A DNA stretch of 32,000 bases from Patescibacteria group bacterium (GTDB lineage Bacteria > Patescibacteriota > Minisyncoccia > UBA6257 > HR35). A model generated the notes under the pieces. The model did not search any database. It was not told the DNA's origin and saw only the letters and a list, made by a program, of their open reading frames with translations. This document shows, one piece after another, positions 15,206 to 25,043 of the stretch. The stretch is from positions 1-32,000 of the forward strand of contig JAUQQN010000005.1 of assembly GCA_030549845.1 (NCBI GenBank), read 5' to 3'. Made by a program: the position numbers and the translations under genes. Within the stretch, counting starts at the first letter, position 1; each line of letters opens with the position of its first letter.

Positions 15206-17044
15206 TTATTCTTCTATAATGTCCTCCTCAATCTCTTGTTGTTTCAGTTTTAGTTTTTCTCTTTCTATCTGTAATCGTTCTTCTTGCATTCTTTGTTGAG
15301 ATATACTTCTTTGTATATCATTAATAATTTTTTGTTTTTCTATTTCTTCTCTTTCTCTTAAAATTCTCGCTGTTCTAAGAAGGGCGGCTATTTCTTCTGG
15401 GGTAACATCAGCGTAAAGCATACTACCAGGATTGGCAAAATTAGATAAAACATCTAAAGAAAGTTCTAAAATGGTGCCGTCTTTAACATAATTCATTAAT
15501 TTAGTCCTATTTTTGTTTATTAAGTCTTTATAAAAGTCGTATCCCCACTGTAGGGCCTCTAAATTAAATCTGGAAATCTTTGATTTAATATCCAAAATTC
15601 TATCAAAATAATCGTTTAGTTGCTTTCTATCCATTTCTATATACTTTAGGGTTTTATCTATCATTTTTTCTTTTAATTCAACTAAATCAACGAGTGCTTC
15701 TAATTCGTCTCTCAACATCGAGGTTCTAAAATTAACAATAGCTTCAATTTGACTTTCTGTTACTATTCCGCCACTAGCAATTGCTTCTCTTACAACATCA
15801 TCTCTTGTTTTTTTTATAATTTTCTGTAAGTCAAAAATTCGTTGATAATCCTCACTTATTCCTGATTGTTCCAATAATCTTTGGTATTGCTCTTGATAAT
15901 TAAGTGGCCCAATATTCTCTATTCTTTGAAGAATTTCCTGAAGAGAAGAAATTTGATCTTGAAATGTTTTTAAAAATAGATTAGAAAATACGGATTCTGG
16001 TATTATTCCTGTTTTTAATTGATCTAAGGTTTGTGATATTTGTTGGTTAATTTGCTGAAGAGGTTTACCGCTAATACCAAATAATTGTTTTCTTATTTGA
16101 TCTTCTGTTGTTGGTTCGCTTACTTTAAGGGGAATTCTTATTTGTTCTCCAGCAATTATTAAATCTGGACTTTTTATTGCAAGTTTATTGTCTTCATTAA
16201 TTCTTAAAATTTCATCAACGGTAACACCATACTTTTTTGCTATTTTTGATAAGTTTTCTCCTGGTTGAATAAGATGGAAAAAAATAGGGGTTGATCCTCC
16301 TAATGGATCTTTATAAACCTCTATAGAAGTACCGGGTGGTGCATTTGTTTGTAATTGTTGGTTTTTTAAGAATGGTTCTAATTCTGAAAGAAATGCGGCC
16401 AATCCATCTCTTGTTAAACTAGGAAGTGTTGTTGGGGATGGTGTTGTTGGTGGTAATTTTTGTAGTGGTGATTGTTTAGTTGATGATGTACCATAATTAC
16501 CCACAACAACGCCACCAACAATTTTTGTTGGTTGAGTAGATGCTGTTTGTGACAATTTTAGGAGTTGTTTAGCAACATCTTCTTTTTTTGTTGTTGGAGG
16601 CGTTGTCGCCCCACCAATTTTAGATATATTCTCTAATAGAGCTTGTTGAAGAAGAACATTTTGCTGTGGTGGAATATATGGAGAATATTGACCAACTAAT
16701 AATTGTGGCTGAAAAGATGTTTGTTGTGGTGGAGTATATGGAGAATATTGTCCACCAGTAATTTTTATTTGTTGTGATGATGTTTGTGGTATAGATTGAT
16801 AGACTGACATTCTTAATGTTTGTTGTGGATTTAGGCTTCTAATAACATCTGACCAATACATTAAATTTGCCCGAGAGACGGCCTCTTTTAAAAAACCACC
16901 AATTAAATTTTGAATAGACTGAATAATACTTTGAGATTGAGTAGCGATCGACGGCGTTGTTACCGATTTTTGTGGAATATTTACAGAAGTTGTTGTTTTA
17001 GATGTGGGTTGTGGTTGTGGTTTTATTTGTGGATTTATGGCCAT
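15206..17044 (-). CDS. LysM-domain virion protein (612 aa)
   Basis: HLIQPGENLSKIAKKYGVTVDEILRINE..IIAGEQIRIP is a LysM motif (about nt 16127-16279). Q/P/T-rich N-terminus with GQYSPY(T/I)PPQQ twice. C-terminal coiled coil. Confidence 0.7.
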   Translation of the reverse strand: MAINPQIKPQPQPTSKTTTSVNIPQKSVTTPSIATQSQSIIQSIQNLIGGFLKEAVSRANLMYWSDVIRSLNPQQTLRMSVYQSIPQTSSQQIKITGGQYSPYTPPQQTSFQPQLLVGQYSPYIPPQQNVLLQQALLENISKIGGATTPPTTKKEDVAKQLLKLSQTASTQPTKIVGGVVVGNYGTSSTKQSPLQKLPPTTPSPTTLPSLTRDGLAAFLSELEPFLKNQQLQTNAPPGTSIEVYKDPLGGSTPIFFHLIQPGENLSKIAKKYGVTVDEILRINEDNKLAIKSPDLIIAGEQIRIPLKVSEPTTEDQIRKQLFGISGKPLQQINQQISQTLDQLKTGIIPESVFSNLFLKTFQDQISSLQEILQRIENIGPLNYQEQYQRLLEQSGISEDYQRIFDLQKIIKKTRDDVVREAIASGGIVTESQIEAIVNFRTSMLRDELEALVDLVELKEKMIDKTLKYIEMDRKQLNDYFDRILDIKSKISRFNLEALQWGYDFYKDLINKNRTKLMNYVKDGTILELSLDVLSNFANPGSMLYADVTPEEIAALLRTARILREREEIEKQKIINDIQRSISQQRMQEERLQIEREKLKLKQQEIEEDIIEE

Positions 17045-17048
17045 GATT

Positions 17049-18605
17049 TTAAGATAATTGTGTGTAATAAATTACTATTCGTTTTAAATTTGTTATAAAC
17101 GAGGTTGAGTTGCTGTAGTAAACTTTTATAACCAACTTATTACCAATAAGACCAAGATCAGTTGTTACAAAATAATAATCGTCTTTTGAATTATCTATAA
17201 CAACATCTAAACTATTTGTTTTATTTAATCTTTCATCTAATAAAGATAGATTTATTTTGATTTTATCGTTTATCGAATTGGGCTTTTTGCCATAAAAAAC
17301 CTCGATTTTATCTATCTTTACTCTGTTAAAGAAATTAATCTTATTAGATACATAAAGCAAATCATCGGTTATTACCCTAAAAGAAGAACTACCATTTGTT
17401 TGAACATAACTATCTAAAGAAGTTGTGGGGTAAATTATTCTTTTATAAACGGTATCTATTATATCACTGGTGAAAAAATAAAGTATATTTCCATTTAAAT
17501 CGGCCGAAAGCGCACCACCTAAAACCTCATTACCACCACTAGTAGAAAAGTAAATAACCTCTTTCTCAAGAATATTATACATCAAAAATCCATTAATGTT
17601 TAGATCCTTAATTTTTGCCGGAAAAACAATATAATTTCCCCAAACACTGAATCTTTGTTTTGGTAATAAGTTGGTTGGAACCGAAATTGATGGGAAGCTA
17701 TCTATATAAACTAATGAATATCCAGATAATTCATAAACTTTTAGATCAGAACCAACTTGAAGAAAAATCAAAAATGCCCCCATATAATTTACACTTCCAA
17801 CATAATATCCTGGTAATTTTATGGCATGAAAATATCTATTTTGATAAGAACCATCCCACAAAAAAGCGTTTTGATTCGATTTTATTCCTTGGGTTTGTGC
17901 GAAAACAACAATAAATTTGTTGTTGTTATTGACTATATCAAGAATATCCCAACTACTACCCAAATCAAAATTTCCTAATAAACTAAAGGATGTTCCGTAA
18001 ACCCTAACAAGCCTTCTATTAACATCAGAAGAATTATTTTTGTCGGCTAAATATAAGTAGATTGAAAAGGTTTCGGCGAGATATGGGGAATAAAGTCCCG
18101 TAATAGAACTCCAGGTTGTATTAGTTGTGTTTTCGTCTATATAATAAATTGATGAAGAAGATGGGTTGATAAAGAATATTTTATTTGAATAAAGAATTAA
18201 AGACGTTTGATAATTATTGTTTAGGCTAATTGGTTGGCCAAGGTTTCTTGCAACCCCAGAAATAGATAATGCCCTAACCCTTCCACTATTAGTAACAACA
18301 TAAATAACTCTATTATCATTTGTAATCGATGGTGATAAAAAAAATACTGGTTTACCATCGCCGGAATTTAATCCTATAGTTCCTTCTGGCAATGAAGAAA
18401 TTAGCGGATATGTGGTATCCCCCATATCAGTCAAATAAGAACCATCAGCAATTTTAAAAAGATAGGTTGGGGAAATAATTAAACGATGCAAAAATTCTTC
18501 ATTAGGAGAGGATTCTCTAGAAAAAACAGTTCCCCTATTAAAATTTTCTAAAACTAAAACATTATTTTCTGTTCCCAACACTTTACTTTTTCTTCTTCTT
18601 GGCAT
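17049..18605 (-). CDS. hypothetical tail/baseplate-module protein (518 aa)
   Basis: Long ORF packed tightly in the structural operon. Beta-rich composition. No motif recognised. Confidence 0.6.
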   Translation of the reverse strand: MPRRRKSKVLGTENNVLVLENFNRGTVFSRESSPNEEFLHRLIISPTYLFKIADGSYLTDMGDTTYPLISSLPEGTIGLNSGDGKPVFFLSPSITNDNRVIYVVTNSGRVRALSISGVARNLGQPISLNNNYQTSLILYSNKIFFINPSSSSIYYIDENTTNTTWSSITGLYSPYLAETFSIYLYLADKNNSSDVNRRLVRVYGTSFSLLGNFDLGSSWDILDIVNNNNKFIVVFAQTQGIKSNQNAFLWDGSYQNRYFHAIKLPGYYVGSVNYMGAFLIFLQVGSDLKVYELSGYSLVYIDSFPSISVPTNLLPKQRFSVWGNYIVFPAKIKDLNINGFLMYNILEKEVIYFSTSGGNEVLGGALSADLNGNILYFFTSDIIDTVYKRIIYPTTSLDSYVQTNGSSSFRVITDDLLYVSNKINFFNRVKIDKIEVFYGKKPNSINDKIKINLSLLDERLNKTNSLDVVIDNSKDDYYFVTTDLGLIGNKLVIKVYYSNSTSFITNLKRIVIYYTQLS

Positions 18606-18608
18606 GGT

Positions 18609-18923
18609 TTAGTAAATTATTAATACATTAACTAAAGAATTATCTGACCCAGAGGAGCTAGTAATTACTGCATAACCATTACCACACAAAACACTTAAAA
18701 CACCAATTGTACCAGAAAAAACGGCATGACTAGCTATTCCAACAGATGTTGGAAAAATTTTACTATCATAAATTGTTGCTGAGCCATTAACTAATTGAAC
18801 CTGAACTGCCGCAATAAAAGATTGTTTTAGGGCAGAAATATCTTCGTGATCTAACGGAAACGCTATTCCACCCCTTTGTTTTGGTCTTTGAATTGATAAT
18901 TTTTCTTTATTCTCTTCATCCAT
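18609..18923 (-). CDS. hypothetical structural-module protein (104 aa)
   Basis: ORF in the operon with 1-3 nt gaps to its neighbours. Confidence 0.55.
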   Translation of the reverse strand: MDEENKEKLSIQRPKQRGGIAFPLDHEDISALKQSFIAAVQVQLVNGSATIYDSKIFPTSVGIASHAVFSGTIGVLSVLCGNGYAVITSSSGSDNSLVNVLIIY

Positions 18924-18924
18924 T

Positions 18925-19881
18925 TTAGAAAATTGGTTGGATTAAAAATGATCTTTTTATTATTGGTTCTTCTGCGCCAACAACGGCAGAAAGGTTGGTA
19001 TAAGCATTTTTAGCAACAAAAAGCCAATCAATATATAAAACCACATAATCAATGGCGTATGGCCAAGCCTGATAAGCCCCAGCACTTATTGGGAGGTTGC
19101 CCACCGTGCTTCCTGTTGTTGGATTTGCTTCCAAAATATAATTACGAAAATATTTTGATTGAACCCCAAATCTTTGAATTTCAAAAATATTAGTTGCTCC
19201 CCTAAAATCATTCACAGCAACATAGGATGTGCTGTTATAAAAAAAACTTCTACCACTCCAACCAACATAATCTGCAAGATATACTTGGGTGGAATAGCCG
19301 ATTCTTTCCCACTCTCCAGAAGTTGAAGGAGTAGAAAAATAAGCTCTTACCCTCAAAATAGTATCGTCTCCAAAGGTGTTCAAGGAAGTAATTGTATCTG
19401 TAGTTGTATAATTTTCATCCGCCAAAGCAACATAACTATTACCATTTAAAACCGGAGTTCCTCCCAATGACCATTTAGAGGTATCTGGTATTGAACCAGC
19501 GGGACCATTAAAATCATCAAAAAGTAAAAAAACATTATCTGGTTTAGCAATATTGGGAAATTCTGGATCATTGTAATAAACAAAAATTCTTATTGTAGAA
19601 TTGGCCGAAATAGATGGTAATTTGGTCCAAATCCTTGAATTAGCCGTATTAAGAGTTTCCTTTTGTATCCAATGTGGCAAAAAATTTAAATTCTCATCAA
19701 CAACAACAAAATCGCTCCCATCGCTTTTTAGTTTATTAGCAGTAATCAAGCTTGCAGTATCAAATAAAAACTCCACCTGAACATCGGTATAGTTATTGCT
19801 TGAATTATTCGTAATCAACACTTCTCTGCCGTATCTAAACCCCATAAATACTGGAACTTTTTTTGATGAATATACTGGCAT
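18925..19881 (-). CDS. DUF2341 / concanavalin(LamG)-like domain tail protein
   Basis: DGSDFVVVDENLNFLPHWIQ..IWTKLPSISANSTIRIFVYYNDP matches the DUF2341 pattern as I recall it. Track start 19911 is GTG; ATG 19881 overlaps the upstream TAA as TAATG. Confidence 0.55.
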   Translation of the reverse strand: MPVYSSKKVPVFMGFRYGREVLITNNSSNNYTDVQVEFLFDTASLITANKLKSDGSDFVVVDENLNFLPHWIQKETLNTANSRIWTKLPSISANSTIRIFVYYNDPEFPNIAKPDNVFLLFDDFNGPAGSIPDTSKWSLGGTPVLNGNSYVALADENYTTTDTITSLNTFGDDTILRVRAYFSTPSTSGEWERIGYSTQVYLADYVGWSGRSFFYNSTSYVAVNDFRGATNIFEIQRFGVQSKYFRNYILEANPTTGSTVGNLPISAGAYQAWPYAIDYVVLYIDWLFVAKNAYTNLSAVVGAEEPIIKRSFLIQPIF

Positions 19882-20354
19882 TATGGTGTTAAATCTCCCC
19901 CAAGAACCCACTCGTCGGATGCTATTTTAATCAAAAATGCTACACTATATTGCGCCCTAGTTTTGGTTCCTAGGGAAGTATATAAAGAAACTTCGGTTGC
20001 TGGTGAAAAAATAATTTGACCATTGTTTTTTTGAAAAAAATAAATAACCGTTCCTATATTAAAAGATATGGACGAATTAGATGGTATTGAAATTGTAATG
20101 GATGATGTTGAATCACTAATTATAACTTTTCCCGCATCAGAAAGTTCAAGACTATAATTGGCATTAATTACTTTTGTTCCTATTAATTTAATTTCATTTT
20201 TTGTCTGATAAATCGTATCAAAAAAATTTTTTAGTTTATCCTTAATCGTCTGCCAAATTATTTTTTTAGTAACATTAGAACCAACGTCAACAATAACAAA
20301 TTCGTCATCATTTTGGGGGTTTATATAATTTGTGAGTTCAGATATTTTAACCAT
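19881..20354 (-). CDS. receptor-binding/tail-fibre paralogue B (157 aa)
   Basis: N-terminus MVKISELTNYINPQNDDEFVIVDVGSNVTKKIIWQTIKDKLKNFFDTIY is paralogous to that of ORF 20609..21184. This type of N-terminus is common in fibre/spike anchors. Confidence 0.55.
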   Translation of the reverse strand: MVKISELTNYINPQNDDEFVIVDVGSNVTKKIIWQTIKDKLKNFFDTIYQTKNEIKLIGTKVINANYSLELSDAGKVIISDSTSSITISIPSNSSISFNIGTVIYFFQKNNGQIIFSPATEVSLYTSLGTKTRAQYSVAFLIKIASDEWVLGGDLTP

Positions 20355-20589
20355 GATTATTAAAAATTTTAACCTCTAATTTTGCTACCCTTTCTCTTAA
20401 TTCTCCAATTTCTTCTTCGATTCTAGTAAGTCTCTTATCAATAGAATTCAAATGATTTTCTTCAATTTCTTTTATTTTTTTACTAATTCCGTTGTTTTTC
20501 TTTAAATAAGCAACAAAAATTGTCATTGCAATAATAACAGCTACAGCCCCCCCATATTCCAAAAGTTTTTGTAAAATTTGTTGTTCCAT
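20347..20589 (-). CDS. membrane-anchored coiled-coil protein (80 aa)
   Basis: One TM span (GGAVAVIIAMTIFVAYL) followed by a coiled coil (RLTRIEEEIGELRERVAKLEVK). Lies between the two paralogues. Confidence 0.5.
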   Translation of the reverse strand: MEQQILQKLLEYGGAVAVIIAMTIFVAYLKKNNGISKKIKEIEENHLNSIDKRLTRIEEEIGELRERVAKLEVKIFNNHG

Positions 20590-20608
20590 TTTTAATTATT
20601 CAAAAAGT

Positions 20609-21184
20609 TTAATAATACTGAACTACATAAGAAACCAACCAATAATTATAATAATACCTAATTGTAAACTCCATTATTTTACCAGCCGTAGTTGATGATG
20701 GTAGTGGCTGTCCCATTCCTACATAAAAATTGCCCCAAATTAAAGATCTAGATGTGCCATCGTCCCTAATTAAAATTGTAATAGTATCTCCTAACGTTGG
20801 ATTTCCTATTGGATTGTAAATTGTTAAATTATTTGAAAGAGAATTAATTTGATAAACATCGTATTGAGAAATGTCTGGGGTTATAGATGTGATTGATGTT
20901 GAAGTAGAATATACTCTTTTTTGTATTCGTTTATTGGTTAAAACTTGGGCGTCTGATGTTCCAACCACATTTCCAGATACACCATGAATGCCAGAAATTG
21001 AGTTCTTATGATTATTAAAATCAGTTATAATAGGATCATAAATTGCATCGAAATAACTTTTTAATGCATTTTTAATTGAAGACCACGTTATCTTTTTGGT
21101 TTTACTATTATTAACATCCACAATAACAGTTAAATCATTATCTTGAGGATTTATATATTGTTCTAATTGTGAAATTTTAGCCAT
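20609..21184 (-). CDS. receptor-binding/tail-fibre paralogue A (191 aa)
   Basis: N-terminus MAKISQLEQYINPQDNDLTVIVDVNNSKTKKITWSSIKNALKSYFDAIY is shared with ORF 19881..20354. The C-termini are unrelated. Confidence 0.55.
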   Translation of the reverse strand: MAKISQLEQYINPQDNDLTVIVDVNNSKTKKITWSSIKNALKSYFDAIYDPIITDFNNHKNSISGIHGVSGNVVGTSDAQVLTNKRIQKRVYSTSTSITSITPDISQYDVYQINSLSNNLTIYNPIGNPTLGDTITILIRDDGTSRSLIWGNFYVGMGQPLPSSTTAGKIMEFTIRYYYNYWLVSYVVQYY

Positions 21185-21440
21185 TCCAGTTAGTTATGGG
21201 TAAATTATTTTTTTCCCAGGTGGATAATGGAAATCTCAATTGAATATTGATTATTTCGTTGTCATTCGTTGTTATTTCTTCACCACCCTGGGTCTCTAAC
21301 GAAGAAAAATAAAATCTTTCGTTCCAAAAAATCATATTATCATCTTGAAAAATAAAATCGCCATCTTCTGTTAATAATTCTTGATAATCTTCGGTATAAA
21401 TATTTATTAAACCACGTTCTGTCCAATTTGTCATAGCCAA
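21177..21440 (-). CDS. hypothetical acidic protein (87 aa)
   Basis: ORF in the operon, with overlapping start and stop codons on both sides. Confidence 0.5.
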   Translation of the reverse strand: MAMTNWTERGLINIYTEDYQELLTEDGDFIFQDDNMIFWNERFYFSSLETQGGEEITTNDNEIINIQLRFPLSTWEKNNLPITNWNG

Positions 21441-22105
21441 CCACTATTGAAATAATTAGGAACGGATGTTTTAATTGGCTCAACAACCTCTGTTTTTAAA
21501 TCCTCAATCATTTTACCCAAATAAAGCCTGTAAATCTCGAATCTTCTTTGAGCAAGTGGATGGCCTATTTCTTCAAGATAATTATAGGCAGCGCCAAGGG
21601 CTAAAACCCTCCAATATTTATCAATTTGATAAGGAATGTCATCGTTGGGTGATGTAAAATCTGGTTGTTTTGGAATATACCAAATTCTTAATCCTGTTGT
21701 TTTTGTTTCTGTTGGTCTTGGAAATATTGTAAATCCACCAGCAAAAAGATCCATTAATGGCTTTGATCGTGGTTGAGATTTAAGAAGCCTAAACCATTCA
21801 TATGGAATATTTGGTAAATCTGTTTCGTCGACTTTTTTCCACTTGTTTTCGTCGCTGGGATCATCGTAATTAACTTCTAGTCTTAAAATAGCTATCGCGT
21901 CTTGTGGTAAACCATAAAATTCTTGATTAGCAATTAAATCCGTGTATCTTATGGCCCCAAAAACATCAATACCCTCATTTGCTAATTCTGTCTGAATTTC
22001 TAAATAAGATTCATTTATTAAATCAATAATTCTATTATCATCCAAAACTGATTGTGATGCATTTACTAATTTTCTTACTTTTTGGATTATTTTATCTAAT
22101 TTCAT
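21431..22105 (-). CDS. hypothetical head-tail joining module protein (224 aa)
   Basis: Position is two genes downstream of the capsid gene. No motif recognised. Confidence 0.55.
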   Translation of the reverse strand: MKLDKIIQKVRKLVNASQSVLDDNRIIDLINESYLEIQTELANEGIDVFGAIRYTDLIANQEFYGLPQDAIAILRLEVNYDDPSDENKWKKVDETDLPNIPYEWFRLLKSQPRSKPLMDLFAGGFTIFPRPTETKTTGLRIWYIPKQPDFTSPNDDIPYQIDKYWRVLALGAAYNYLEEIGHPLAQRRFEIYRLYLGKMIEDLKTEVVEPIKTSVPNYFNSGWL

Positions 22106-22117
22106 TTTTTATAATTG

Positions 22118-22582
22118 TTAGTTATAAAAAATATCGACATAAAAAGTAAAAGAATTTCCACCACTAATATCCCATTTAATTCTCCAAACATTAGAAACCA
22201 ATGGAAGTAGGGGGTTACCACTAGGAATGTTTTCGATATCTTCAGACGTAAAAAATTCATTTTTTGAACCGGCAACTAAAAATAAATAATGGGTGATTGG
22301 TTCAGCAATACCATGAAAATGGGCTGTGTTTATAAAAGTTTTACCACCATCTAAAGATTGTTGAAATATAACCTTCAAATCTTCTCCCGGAGAAGAAGAC
22401 ATATCGCAATCAGTAACAGTTAATTTAACAACAACGTTTTCTATCTCCATATCGTTAACAACAATAATTCTACTTTCTCCGCTCTCTATTCTTGTTTCTA
22501 GAGGAACGATATTTATACAATTAAGGGACTTTTTTATTGCCATAGCATAAGTAAATGGCCGGGGTTTATCTCCCCCGGCCAT
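22118..22582 (-). CDS. hypothetical capsid-associated protein (154 aa)
   Basis: Immediately downstream of the major capsid gene. Beta-rich. A decoration role is only a positional guess. Confidence 0.55.
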   Translation of the reverse strand: MAGGDKPRPFTYAMAIKKSLNCINIVPLETRIESGESRIIVVNDMEIENVVVKLTVTDCDMSSSPGEDLKVIFQQSLDGGKTFINTAHFHGIAEPITHYLFLVAGSKNEFFTSEDIENIPSGNPLLPLVSNVWRIKWDISGGNSFTFYVDIFYN

Positions 22583-22592
22583 TAATTAAAGA

Positions 22593-23525
22593 TTAAAGAG
22601 TTGATGCGGCCGATTCAATTCTTACTAATCTTTCTTGTTGGGTAATTGCCACAGCCATATTAACCTTTGCACCAACCGAACCCCTTTGACCAAGAGGATT
22701 ATTAACAGAAAGATTGCTTTCTGGTGGCAAAACATAAGTTGCCACTTTTCCTGGAAGCCAGTAAGCAATCCTATAAGCATCAGCACCAATTAAAGTGGTT
22801 GGATAAACGGTGACATTTGAAGAGAAAGTATCAACATTAGAGGTTTGAACAACTCTTGCGCCACCAACTGAACCAACCTCACCAGTGAAAATATTTTCTG
22901 GTGCGGCGTATTTTCTAATATCAAGCCATTGGCCAGTTGAGGGGTTGCTCATTAAATCGTGGGCAACGGCAGGATGCATAACACAAGCATAACCACCACC
23001 AGGAAATTCTGGTGCATTATTTGCCCTCAATTTTTGTACAGCCCTTATGATTAATCGTACATCAATTAAATCTCCATCGGCCAAAGCATCTCTTGAATTT
23101 TTATTATTGGGATAAATAACATTTTCTCCGTTGTTATTAACAACTGTTTGAATTACGCTATCAATTTTTCTTGCTATTACTTTACCAACCTCAACTAATG
23201 TAGAATTAATTAAGTCAAAAAATGATGTTAAAACAACTAAATCCGTTAGTTCAACATTAACACCGTACTGTGTTGGTGTTCTTTCAACGGTAGAAACACT
23301 CAAAGCAATTGATGTTGGCGGCGTTCCCTCGGTTAATGTTGAAACTGATGAAGTAGCAATTTTATTAACCACAACAAACCTCGAGAAATAATTACCCTGA
23401 CTTACATATTCTACTGTACCAAATTGCTCAAAATAAAGATATGGCTGAAGGCTTTCTACTACTTTTTTGTCGAAATAAATACCAAGGGCCTGTGAGCCTA
23501 AAGAAGATGTGGTGGTTATATCCAT
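22593..23525 (-). CDS. major capsid protein, HK97 fold (N4-gp56-like family)
   Basis: 310 aa. The pattern YFEQFG..LTEGTPP..TPTQYGVNVELTDL..GGYACVMHPAVAHDL resembles N4-gp56-type capsid proteins. It follows the scaffold gene, and a 96-bp untranslated gap lies upstream. Confidence 0.8.
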   Translation of the reverse strand: MDITTTSSLGSQALGIYFDKKVVESLQPYLYFEQFGTVEYVSQGNYFSRFVVVNKIATSSVSTLTEGTPPTSIALSVSTVERTPTQYGVNVELTDLVVLTSFFDLINSTLVEVGKVIARKIDSVIQTVVNNNGENVIYPNNKNSRDALADGDLIDVRLIIRAVQKLRANNAPEFPGGGYACVMHPAVAHDLMSNPSTGQWLDIRKYAAPENIFTGEVGSVGGARVVQTSNVDTFSSNVTVYPTTLIGADAYRIAYWLPGKVATYVLPPESNLSVNNPLGQRGSVGAKVNMAVAITQQERLVRIESAASTL

Positions 23526-23621
23526 TTATATAAAACCCTGGGAGGATTTAAAAATTTATAGAAAAACCAGAATTTAATCCATTTCTATCTTCTATTCACT
23601 TTTTTAGTCAAAAAACTAATA

Positions 23622-24116
23622 TTATTCTAAACCATAAATTTTTTTGAACTCCTCTCTGGCTCTTTTTTCAAGTTGATCCATTGGCAAAGAAGATAAATCC
23701 TCCTCAAGGCTTGGTGAAATTGTTTTAGATCCCAAAGAAAATCCACTAATATTTTGATTTGTTTCGTTTTCAAGTATTTTTTTACCTATATATCTTGATA
23801 CCGTGTCTTCTATGGGTTCTCCTTGTTTTCTTAAATTCCATATATCATCTATCTCGTTTGCTAGGTGTGGAAATTTTTTTAAAATAGTATTCTCAAAATC
23901 TAGTTTATCAACCTTCAATGCTAACTCATCTATATTCGCTATTCTCGAAACTGTTTTTAGATGCTTATTTTCTTCCTCTAATTCTTTTAATCTTTTAAGC
24001 GAATCCTCATATTTTTTTCTTAAAAGCTTAATAACATTACTCTCTACATCGTTTTTAACATTTTCTTGTTTATTTTCTTCTTTTTGTTCCTCTTGTTCTT
24101 TTATTTCTTCGCCCAT
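23622..24116 (-). CDS. scaffolding protein
   Basis: Acidic coiled-coil protein (EEQKEENKQEN..LKRLKELEEENKHLK) between portal and capsid. Track start 24152 is TTG; the first ATG is 24116 (MGEEIKEQ). Confidence 0.6.
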   Translation of the reverse strand: MGEEIKEQEEQKEENKQENVKNDVESNVIKLLRKKYEDSLKRLKELEEENKHLKTVSRIANIDELALKVDKLDFENTILKKFPHLANEIDDIWNLRKQGEPIEDTVSRYIGKKILENETNQNISGFSLGSKTISPSLEEDLSSLPMDQLEKRAREEFKKIYGLE

Positions 24117-24170
24117 TATTTTACGCTTGATTGGTCGGGAGCAACCAATCAAGGATAATTAATTACTTTT

Positions 24171-24512
24171 TTAAAGATAAAAATTCAATATTTCTGGGTC
24201 TTGGTATCCCCCCATGTTTTCAACAAGTCTTCTACATGTTTCGGCATTACAAATCCACACCTCGAGCCTCTTCCAGTATTTATATATACTTTGAGAAAAT
24301 CTTTGTGGATTACTAGAGCCCCCACAAAGGCATTTAAATGTTTTGTTTTTAAATAAATAACCCAATTCTTCGCACTCGTCTACTTTTTTACCACAAAATT
24401 CACACCTACCACCAATAATTCTTAATGACTCAATTTTTTTATGCCCAACCGCGCTCTCTTCCCCACCATTATTTTGTTCAACTATAATTTCTTCTTTATT
24501 TTTTCTTGCCAT
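24171..24512 (-). CDS. zinc-ribbon protein (113 aa)
   Basis: CEFCGKKVDEC..CLCGG..WICNAETC cysteine pairs. Confidence 0.55.
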   Translation of the reverse strand: MARKNKEEIIVEQNNGGEESAVGHKKIESLRIIGGRCEFCGKKVDECEELGYLFKNKTFKCLCGGSSNPQRFSQSIYKYWKRLEVWICNAETCRRLVENMGGYQDPEILNFYL

Positions 24513-24519
24513 AATTTTA

Positions 24520-24834
24520 TTATAAACCCTCTTTTTCTTTTGTCAAGAAAGAGGTATATAGGTCTATTTGTTTAATTAATTCCGATGGTAAAGAAATTAA
24601 AAAATCAATAGCAACCAAACTTTGTTTATATGCATAAAAGTCGTCTATAGATCCTCTTGTATCCTTTTTAAAATTATCTAAAAGGTTCTCTCTAGCCTCA
24701 AGTAATATACTTTTTAAAACAGACCATTCTTCTGAACCCTCTAAAACCCTTAATTTGGTTAAAATTCTATGTGCTTTTTCTAAATCATCTCCTATTAATT
24801 TTTCTAATGTTTTTTGAAAATAAATATCCTGCAT
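24520..24834 (-). CDS. hypothetical protein (104 aa)
   Basis: ORF in the head-module operon. Helical. Confidence 0.55.
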   Translation of the reverse strand: MQDIYFQKTLEKLIGDDLEKAHRILTKLRVLEGSEEWSVLKSILLEARENLLDNFKKDTRGSIDDFYAYKQSLVAIDFLISLPSELIKQIDLYTSFLTKEKEGL

Positions 24835-24842
24835 ACCTTAAA

Positions 24843-25043
24843 TTATCTTTTTTTCTTTTTTCTTTGTACCCCGTGTTTGCCATAAGCAATGGCCGCGGCT
24901 TGTTTTAGTGCTTCTTCTTGTGTTTGGGGTTTATAAGTAGCCCTACTAGTTGTCATTTTTCCAGTTTCCTTCCATTCTCTCATTAATTTTTCTATTTCAT
25001 TAGATATTTTTTCTTTTTTTTCTTTTGATATCTTTCTTGTCAT
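24843..25043 (-). CDS. hypothetical basic protein (66 aa)
   Basis: ORF whose start overlaps the portal stop by 1 nt. Confidence 0.5.
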   Translation of the reverse strand: MTRKISKEKKEKISNEIEKLMREWKETGKMTTSRATYKPQTQEEALKQAAAIAYGKHGVQRKKKKR

